A stretch of 64,000 nt of DNA from an uncultured Nitrospiraceae bacterium. GTDB lineage: Bacteria > Nitrospirota > Nitrospiria > Nitrospirales > Nitrospiraceae. The position numbers and the translations under genes were made by a program. The stretch is from assembly GCA_963706325.1 (NCBI GenBank), contig CAVPLT010000007.1, positions 64,001 through 128,000 on the forward strand, in the 5' to 3' direction. Numbering within the stretch: position 1 is the stretch's first letter; every line of letters begins with the position of its first letter. Shown here piece after piece: positions 57,295-64,000 of this stretch. The notes under the pieces were generated by a model, which saw only the letters and a list, made by a program, of their open reading frames with translations, did not search any database and had not been told where the DNA came from.

Positions 57295-57519
57295 ATGCCA
57301 ACTAACGACGAAAGGGCAGAACGTGCCAGGGAAGTTCTCGAAATGTATGCTGTGCAATTTGGTGACCGTTATGATCCACGCGGTACCTTGATCGATGTGT
57401 TGACGGATCTTATGCATCTGGCAGCCAGAGCGCCTGAATTAGGCCTGGAATTTGACAGCAGCTTAAAAATGGCCCAATTTCATTTTGAGGCTGAGGCCGA
57501 GGAATGCCTGGATAGTTGA
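57295..57519 (+). CDS. Small hypothetical protein
   Basis: GGAGGA RBS; LIDVLTDLMHLA...AQFHFEAE. Confidence 0.65.
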   Translation: MPTNDERAERAREVLEMYAVQFGDRYDPRGTLIDVLTDLMHLAARAPELGLEFDSSLKMAQFHFEAEAEECLDS

Positions 57520-57601
57520 CGAGCTGAAAGCAGAGGAGGAAATCCTATCCACACAGAAATGCTATCGACCCTCATCTTCTAAGGTTGTCAATCATACGCT
57601 C

Positions 57602-57820
57602 ATGACTATCCCCCATCCCCGCGATCCATTACACGGTGTCACGCTGGAGACCATTGTCACGGAATTAGTCGAACGGCATGGCTGGACTGAACTGGGCCGT
57701 CGCCTGCCGGTGCGCTGCTTCCTCAACAATCCGAGCGTCAAATCCAGCCTTACCTTCCTCCGCAAAACGCCTTGGGCGCGCGAACGGGTGAAGGGAATGT
57801 ATATCGCGGAGCTTGAGTAA
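57602..57820 (+). CDS. VF530/DUF2132 family DNA-binding protein
   Basis: DPLHGVTLE...GWTELG...CF..NPSVKSSL.FLRKTPWARE. Confidence 0.92.
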   Translation: MTIPHPRDPLHGVTLETIVTELVERHGWTELGRRLPVRCFLNNPSVKSSLTFLRKTPWARERVKGMYIAELE

Positions 57821-58053
57821 TGGGTTCATCGGATGTATCGATATAGGCGCATCAAGCGACGTTCGCTCTGACTGCAAGCCAGATTGCTCCGTCTGAATCC
57901 TTCTTCAGCGCGGGACATGTGTTCCCGTCCAGGTCCTGCCGATTAGGGTGATCTGCTCTTGGTTCAGCTCTGCCCGGCTTGTACAATCACCAGCAGCTCT
58001 GTAGATATAAAGCCAGGATGTTCCACTTGACCGAGAGGTGTACGCTTGTGCGC

Positions 58054-60357
58054 ATGAAGCTTGTTCTCATCGTTGCGCTCTTCCTGATCGGACTATCCCA
58101 GCCTCCAGCTCTCCTCATGGAGGTTTCGGCTGCCTCCCCCGAGAAGGAGACGCAATCCAACTCCAATGGTCCCTCACCCAAGGGCTCCGCCGATGAATCG
58201 GAACCTTCCTCCCTGGTGAGCGATTTGCAAAGCAAACGGACGGCTGCCGAAAAGGAGCTAAGCGAGATCAGTTCGCCGCAGACCTTGCGGAAAGGGGCAC
58301 CTCCCGGCACGACGGATGCTCGGTTGATGGAGCGGAGGTCTTTGTTGCAACAGTTGGTGCAGATCTATGAGCAACATCTCGATGCCCTGAGGAAGCTCGA
58401 CCTATTGCGCCTGCGTGTGCGAGAGATCGAACGCCAGAATAAAGTGTGGGACGGATTCCCCACTTCTCCGCCCTATTCGGTGCTGATGATCGACGAATTG
58501 CGTGATGCGGCGCGGTCGATGGCCCTCACGGAGCAAGGGATTCAAACCAGACTGACCATGACGGAGAGTCTCGCGGACAGTACGCGGCGCAATTTGAAAG
58601 CCGCGCAAGAACAGGCTCGTCAAGTGTCTGAGAAACTTGAAGGCGTCGAGGATCCGGTGAAGCGAGAGGTCCTGATCTGGGAGCGTGACATGGCTCAGCT
58701 GCGTGAGCGAGTGGAGTCGGCTCGCACGGGGATGTTGAATGCCGATAAAACGCAGGTTCAGGAAGAGCTGACTGAAGCGCAGCAACGCATCGCGCTCCTG
58801 ACTCGTCAACGCACGGTGGCGGCTGAGCAGGCTGTCTTCACCAAGGAGGATTACGACAAAATAAAAAAGCGGTTGGACGCGGATCATCAGTCGATGATGT
58901 CGGAGCTGGATCGAGCCGTGCTGGAGCAAGCCGCGCAACGGCAGACTGTGGCGGCGAGCGAGGCAAAGTTGGCGGCGGCCGATGGCGCGCTTTCCCCCAA
59001 GACCTCTTCTCGCCGTCTGAAGGGGGAGAGGAGCACGCACCTGACCGAGGCGGTCGAACTGGCGCGCCTACAATTCGACAATGATAGCTTACACGTGGAT
59101 CTCCTTCGCCAGATGGTGAGTGGATTGGAGCATGAACGGAAGATCTGGGACATTCGGTTCGCCACAGCGCAGGGCACTCTCTCAGTTGTCGAAGAGCGGG
59201 ACGCCTCAAAGAAGCTGGTTGCTGCCGCCAAACAGATTCAGAGTTGGAAGGAATATGGATTGCAGCAGCTCGGCATGGTGGGCAGCCAGATCAGCGACGT
59301 GGAAAATCGGCTCGAAGAAAATTCCTCCTCGGCCACCGCTCGATATCTGAATGATATGCTTCGAGGGTATCGCCACCGTGAAGATTTGTACCGTCGCCTG
59401 CTTCAGCGTACGGATTCCTTGTTGGGATTGATAGAACACCGGCAAACCGAGTTCGCGCAGCGGGAGCAGGCGCGCTCGCTCGTCACCCGCTTGGAGGACT
59501 GGGGTACTTCGTCTGCGGCGGTGTTCGGGAACATCTGGAATGTCGAGTTGTTCACCGCCGAGGATACGATCGAAGTGGATGGGAAGAGCGTGACGGGCCG
59601 CCGCAGTGTCACGGTTGGAAAAGTTCTGACCGCGTTGGCCATCCTGATTGTCGGTTATTGGTGTGCGGTCGTCTTGGCACGTTTCGCCGAAAAACAAGCC
59701 ATCACGCGGCTGCAAGTCGATCCCAATGTCGCCAACATCATCCGCCAATGGGCCTTGGCCTTTCTCTTTCTGGTACTCGTGAGCATTACGCTGACATACG
59801 TCAAGATTCCGATCACCGCCTTTGCCTTTCTCGGCGGGGCGCTGGCGATCGGCGTCGGGTTCGGCACTCAAAATCTCTTGAAGAACGTCATCAGCGGGTT
59901 GTTGCTGCTGATGGAGCGGCCGTTGCGCGTCGGCGACGTCATTGAAGTCGATGCGATCAGGGGTATGGTCACCACCATCGGGCTGCGTTCGTCGACCATT
60001 CGGGACAGCAATGGTGTGGAAACGCTCATTCCCAACAGTAATTTGCTCGAGCGAAATCTGACCAATTGGACGTACTCAAGCTTTCGAAAGCGATACTCGC
60101 TGCGGATTGCCGTGGCGACCGGCTCGGATGCGCGACGCGTAAAGGAGAAGCTCTGTGACCTGGCCGGTCAGCACGGGCAAATTCTCAAGGAGCCCGAGCC
60201 ATACGTCCTCTTTGAAGACTTCAGCGAACATGCGTTGGTGTTCGTCCTTCATTTCTGGATCGAGATCGGCCCAGGTATCGATCCGGCTCATGTCGCTAGC
60301 GATTTACGCTTTATGATCGAAAATACTTTTGCCGAAGAGAAGATTGTCAGGAAATGA
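58054..60357 (+). CDS. Mechanosensitive channel, MscS/MscK family
   Basis: Long periplasmic coiled coil; GALAIGVGFGTQN, ERPLRVGD, IPNS, NWT. Confidence 0.9.
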   Translation: MKLVLIVALFLIGLSQPPALLMEVSAASPEKETQSNSNGPSPKGSADESEPSSLVSDLQSKRTAAEKELSEISSPQTLRKGAPPGTTDARLMERRSLLQQLVQIYEQHLDALRKLDLLRLRVREIERQNKVWDGFPTSPPYSVLMIDELRDAARSMALTEQGIQTRLTMTESLADSTRRNLKAAQEQARQVSEKLEGVEDPVKREVLIWERDMAQLRERVESARTGMLNADKTQVQEELTEAQQRIALLTRQRTVAAEQAVFTKEDYDKIKKRLDADHQSMMSELDRAVLEQAAQRQTVAASEAKLAAADGALSPKTSSRRLKGERSTHLTEAVELARLQFDNDSLHVDLLRQMVSGLEHERKIWDIRFATAQGTLSVVEERDASKKLVAAAKQIQSWKEYGLQQLGMVGSQISDVENRLEENSSSATARYLNDMLRGYRHREDLYRRLLQRTDSLLGLIEHRQTEFAQREQARSLVTRLEDWGTSSAAVFGNIWNVELFTAEDTIEVDGKSVTGRRSVTVGKVLTALAILIVGYWCAVVLARFAEKQAITRLQVDPNVANIIRQWALAFLFLVLVSITLTYVKIPITAFAFLGGALAIGVGFGTQNLLKNVISGLLLLMERPLRVGDVIEVDAIRGMVTTIGLRSSTIRDSNGVETLIPNSNLLERNLTNWTYSSFRKRYSLRIAVATGSDARRVKEKLCDLAGQHGQILKEPEPYVLFEDFSEHALVFVLHFWIEIGPGIDPAHVASDLRFMIENTFAEEKIVRK

Positions 60358-60410
60358 CATGAAACGGCGATCTGGCTGTTTGAAGATTCACCATCAGGAA
60401 TTCTGAAGCA

Positions 60411-60980
60411 ATGGCGCCGAATGCCACAATCTTCAAAGCGCTCCTCCACATCGCCGACGTGGATCGCCAGTACTATCAGGACCATGCCGTCACCCTGGCG
60501 CGTCACCCGTCCGAAACCGATGAACGCATGATGGTGCGGCTGCTGGCCTTTGTGCGACATGCGGACGAGGCCTTGGCGTTCGGCCGGGGCTTGAGTACCG
60601 ACGATGAGCCGGCGCTGTGGCGCAAGGATCTGACGGGCGTGATCGAGTACTGGATCGAAGTCGGCCTTCCGGACGAAAAGGCCATTCGACAGGCTTGCGG
60701 CCGCGCCGGTCAGGTCTGCATCTATACCTACGGAGGTCGCGCGGCAGACGAATGGTGGAAACTGAGTGACTCCGCGCTTGGGCGATACCATAACTTGACG
60801 GTCCTGAATCTGCCGCTGGAACAGGGCCGTGGTTTGACGCAGCTCGCGCAACGCCAGATGGAGTTGCACTGCACCATGCAAGAGGGGCAGGTCTTGATCG
60901 GCGATGGCACGACTGCCTTGCACATTGAATTGACGACGTTGAAGGAGCCTTCAACGGTCAAGCGTGGGCGTGGCTCCTGA
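60411..60980 (+). CDS. yaeQ: YaeQ family protein
   Basis: ATIFKA.L.IADVDR.YY, ARHPSETDERMMVRLLAF, GLSTDDEP. Confidence 0.95.
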   Translation: MAPNATIFKALLHIADVDRQYYQDHAVTLARHPSETDERMMVRLLAFVRHADEALAFGRGLSTDDEPALWRKDLTGVIEYWIEVGLPDEKAIRQACGRAGQVCIYTYGGRAADEWWKLSDSALGRYHNLTVLNLPLEQGRGLTQLAQRQMELHCTMQEGQVLIGDGTTALHIELTTLKEPSTVKRGRGS

Positions 60981-61010
60981 TTTGTCTAAGCGTAGGCCGA
61001 GCGTGACGAT

Positions 61011-61418
61011 ATGAAGGAGCGTAAACGCATTCCCACGGAAGGTGAACCGGCGGCTTGGAAGAGTCCGTTTGCCGCGCTCCAGCAGGTGGAGCTGCCGCCT
61101 GCCGTTCAATCAAACCTGGCAGCATCTGACAAGCCGCCTGCGTCGGCTGCGAGTGCCGTACGAAAGCCGTCGCAGCGGGGGCGGGTAGACATTCTCCGGC
61201 AGACGGCGCATCGGGGCGGCAAAACGGTGACCGTGGTCACGGGATTTGTGGGCATCAGTCAGGCGGAGAAAGAACAGTTGGCCAAGGCCATGCAGAAAGC
61301 CTGCGGCACCGGCGGCACGGTGAAAGAGGGACGGATCGAAATTCAGGGCGACAGGCGCGCGGACGTCGCCCGCATCCTGACGGAGGCGGGGTACCGACCG
61401 GTGTTTGCCGGTGGGTAA
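61011..61418 (+). CDS. yciH: Translation initiation factor SUI1/YciH family
   Basis: RGGKTVTVV.G, CGTGGTVKEG.IEIQGD. Confidence 0.88.
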   Translation: MKERKRIPTEGEPAAWKSPFAALQQVELPPAVQSNLAASDKPPASAASAVRKPSQRGRVDILRQTAHRGGKTVTVVTGFVGISQAEKEQLAKAMQKACGTGGTVKEGRIEIQGDRRADVARILTEAGYRPVFAGG

Positions 61419-61468
61419 TGGCCGACGGATGGCTGGCGCTGCTGGCACCACTTGGCTGGTGACCGGAC

Positions 61469-62584
61469 ATGGCTGAACCGCTCAAGAATCAGTTCGGCCC
61501 TGCGATTCCGCGCACGATCGGACGGATGATTGCCGCCGTCTTTCCTGCCTTCGATGAAAAAGCCTTCGTCAAGCGCGCGTTGAAGGGCTATGACGCGCTC
61601 GAGTTGATGGCGCGTGGCCGGAAAATCGCCGAGGCGCTCAGGCAGCACCTTCCCGCTGATTATCCAAGGGCGGCGGAGATGCTCATCGCGTCGCTCGATC
61701 AGAGACCGGTGAAAACCGCCGGTCAGAGCATGACGTCTTTTTTGTTTCTCCCCCACGTGTTGTTCGTGGCCGAATATGGGTTGGACCATTTCGACGTTTC
61801 CATGCGCGCCCAGCACGCACTCACGAAATTATTCACAGCGGAGTTCAGCATTCGCCGCTATTTGGAGCGGCATCAAGCAGCCACGCTGGCCAGGCTCAAG
61901 GAGTGGGCTGCCGATCCTAGCGCCGATGTGCGCCGTCTCGTTTCCGAAGGTACGCGTCCTCGATTGCCCTGGGCGATAAGACTCCGCGCCTTTCAGGCTG
62001 ATCCGAGTCCGGTCCTTGCCTTGCTTGAGCTGCTCAAGGACGACCCGGATTTGTATGTGCGGCGAAGCGTGGCGAACAATCTCAGTGACATCGGGAAAGA
62101 TCACCCGGCGGTGCTCATCACCACGGCCAGGAAATGGATGGTAGGGGCGACGGAGGAGCGGCGCTGGATCGTTCGGCATGCGTTGCGATCGGCGGTCAAA
62201 CGCGCCGAGTCGGGAGCGCTGGATCTGCTGGGTTTCGGACATTCAGCGGAGATCGTGGTGCAGAAGGTGCGGATCGCTCCTCGGCGCGCGGCCATCGGAT
62301 CGTCCGTTACGCTTGCCTGCGAGCTTCGGAGTAAGGCCGCGACGGTCCAACGGCTCCTGGTGGATTTGCGCGTGCGCTACATCAAAGCCAATGGCACGCA
62401 TCGACCGAAAGTGTTCAAGCTGAAGACGGTCGAGTTGGCTTCCCGAGAATCGTTGCCGCTCAACAAGACCCTCTCGCTGATGCAATTGACCACTCGCAAG
62501 CACTATCCGGGAACGCATCATCTGGAACTCATGGTCAACGGCCGAGCGTATCCGCTGGGCAGCTTTGAGCTCTGGCAGCGATAG
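61469..62584 (+). CDS. DNA alkylation repair enzyme (AlkC/YhaZ-like HEAT-repeat glycosylase)
   Basis: FTAEFSIR, HEAT motifs VRRLVSEGTRPRLPW and YVRRSVANNLSDIGKD, Ig-like C-terminal TTRKHYPG. Confidence 0.88.
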   Translation: MAEPLKNQFGPAIPRTIGRMIAAVFPAFDEKAFVKRALKGYDALELMARGRKIAEALRQHLPADYPRAAEMLIASLDQRPVKTAGQSMTSFLFLPHVLFVAEYGLDHFDVSMRAQHALTKLFTAEFSIRRYLERHQAATLARLKEWAADPSADVRRLVSEGTRPRLPWAIRLRAFQADPSPVLALLELLKDDPDLYVRRSVANNLSDIGKDHPAVLITTARKWMVGATEERRWIVRHALRSAVKRAESGALDLLGFGHSAEIVVQKVRIAPRRAAIGSSVTLACELRSKAATVQRLLVDLRVRYIKANGTHRPKVFKLKTVELASRESLPLNKTLSLMQLTTRKHYPGTHHLELMVNGRAYPLGSFELWQR

Positions 62585-62658
62585 GCGATGCGGAGATACG
62601 AGAGAATCGCGTAGGCTTCAATCGACCCTTTGACCGTAAGACGTACGGCACTGCAGCC

Positions 62659-63267
62659 TTAGGCAGCGGCGATTTTCCTTGGATCAATCACCTGTCCGGT
62701 CATCGTGCCCTCTACGCTGGCGAGATAGGCGCGCGCGACCCTGTCGGCCGGGAGCCCGATCGATGGATCCATGCCTCTGGCAATCAGCGTTTCCGTGACC
62801 CAGGGTGGGCTGACGACATTCACGCGGAGACCTCGCGGCAGGTCGATTGCGGCGGCGCGGACGAAGCCTTCCAGCCCTGCGTTCACCATGCTGATAGAGG
62901 CGCTGCCCTTGATCGGTTCCTGGCTAAGCACTCCGCTGGTGAGGGTGAAGGACCCTTGCTCGGTGATGAACGATTTGCCGATCCGCACCACATTCGCTTG
63001 CCCCATCAACTTATTCTTGAGTCCAACGAAATAGTCCTCATACGTCAGGTCAGCCAAGCTCGCGAATTTGGCGATGCCCGCCGTGCTCACGACCGCATCG
63101 AAGCTGCCGATTGCTGTGAACAATCGCGTGATGGAGTCCGGCGATGCGAGATCTACCTGAAAGGCGCCCTTCTGACGTCCGACCGTCACGACTTCGTGCC
63201 GGACCGACAACGCTTTGACGACCGCGGCTCCGATGGTGCCGGTTCCCCCGATGACGATCACTCGCAT
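62659..63267 (-). CDS. Short-chain dehydrogenase
   Basis: VIVIGGTGTIG, KLMGQ.N, GSFTLTSG, RVNVVSP. Confidence 0.9.
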   Translation of the reverse strand: MRVIVIGGTGTIGAAVVKALSVRHEVVTVGRQKGAFQVDLASPDSITRLFTAIGSFDAVVSTAGIAKFASLADLTYEDYFVGLKNKLMGQANVVRIGKSFITEQGSFTLTSGVLSQEPIKGSASISMVNAGLEGFVRAAAIDLPRGLRVNVVSPPWVTETLIARGMDPSIGLPADRVARAYLASVEGTMTGQVIDPRKIAAA

Positions 63268-63341
63268 AATGTTCTCCCTGATTTATATCTGACTTCAATG
63301 TAGGCAGGCGCTCATGCCTCACGCAAGAGTGCCTGCAGACG

Positions 63342-63653
63342 TCAATCCGGACTGTCGATCACATATTGCGAGATGGCGGAGTTTTCTTGAGGCGGGAGAT
63401 GCCGGCAAGGCGGAATGTCCGCCTGTAGGCGTCGTAGGAGCACAGCCATCTTCATAGTGGCCGGTATCTCGCAGACCCATACGTGCATGCCGGATTCCAG
63501 GTCGTCAAAATGTCGTTGGACGGTAAAACCTGGTTTCTCCATGAAGTAGGCGGAGAGGAATCCGTTGATCGCCTGCACTGTCCAGGGATTCGCCTTGATG
63601 TATCGGTAGGTGAGTCGGATTTCTACGGCGTGATTAGCCTGCTCGGGATCCAT
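63342..63653 (-). CDS. Hypothetical protein
   Basis: GAGGAG precedes ATG 63653 (MDPEQANHAVEIRLTYRY...). Confidence 0.65.
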   Translation of the reverse strand: MDPEQANHAVEIRLTYRYIKANPWTVQAINGFLSAYFMEKPGFTVQRHFDDLESGMHVWVCEIPATMKMAVLLRRLQADIPPCRHLPPQENSAISQYVIDSPD

Positions 63654-63770
63654 GTGGTTCTCTGCTCCTCGCTGAAAGTGACCACGCACTCTAACAACTT
63701 CGCGGACCATTTGGAATATTGAGACTGGCGTGAAGATCTGTGTATGGTACGAGATGGAGGGCTGCAGGCA

Positions 63771-64000
63771 ATGTTGACCGCATATAATCAGGTTCCGATT
63801 CCTTCGTTCATGTATGGCACGGCTTGGAAAAAAGAGGCCACCACGCAGCTGGTGCAGCAGGCGGTGGCCGCCGGGTTCACGGCCATCGATACGGCCAATC
63901 AGTTGATCCACTACGAGGAAGCGTTGGTGGGCGAGGCGCTGTTCGAGTTGGCGAAGCAGGGCACGCCCCGTGACCGCCTCTTTCTGCAAACAAAGTTCAC
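63771..64000 (+). CDS. Aldo/keto reductase, 5' part (runs off the window)
   Basis: MLTAYNQVPIPSFMYGTAWKK...GFTAIDTANQ..HY.E..VGEAL...RDRLFLQTKF. Confidence 0.88.
   Translation, partial: MLTAYNQVPIPSFMYGTAWKKEATTQLVQQAVAAGFTAIDTANQLIHYEEALVGEALFELAKQGTPRDRLFLQTKF

Noticed and set aside
1..64000. CRISPR array, tRNA, rRNA, transposase
   Set aside because: No regularly spaced repeats, cloverleaf or rRNA signatures, or DDE/HUH ORFs were seen by eye.

Overview
A GC-rich bacterial chromosomal window. The style of the intergenic repeats, the hopanoid genes and many short hypothetical genes suggest Nitrospira/Nitrospirota, but this is inference only. It is a patchwork of about 60 mostly monocistronic genes. 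Housekeeping and stress genes include hflK, an ATP-dependent DNA ligase, ppa, deaD, prfC, yaeQ, SUI1/yciH, an MscS channel and MFS transporters. Metabolic genes include an arsM-like/arsS pair, hopanoid genes (hpnR, hpnA, hpnG-like) and several oxidoreductases and methyltransferases. There are two pseudogenes, two AT-richer inserted genes and two families of palindromic intergenic repeats. I saw no rRNA, tRNA, CRISPR array, transposase or prophage. The most unusual signals are: (1) two paralogous ~190-aa AAA+ proteins sharing the same destroyed Walker A motif and carrying Lys/Arg-rich tails; (2) an unnamed ~100-aa domain present both standalone and fused to a CBS pair; (3) a His/Asp-motif lipoprotein coupled to an outer-membrane barrel; (4) a secreted protein with a predicted N-terminal His plus an HxH motif; (5) a 1097-aa fusion of a membrane domain with a glycosidase-like domain; (6) a recurring 16-bp C(C/T)AGGG-N6-CTAG upstream palindrome. 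All calls come from motif recognition by eye; no searches were run.
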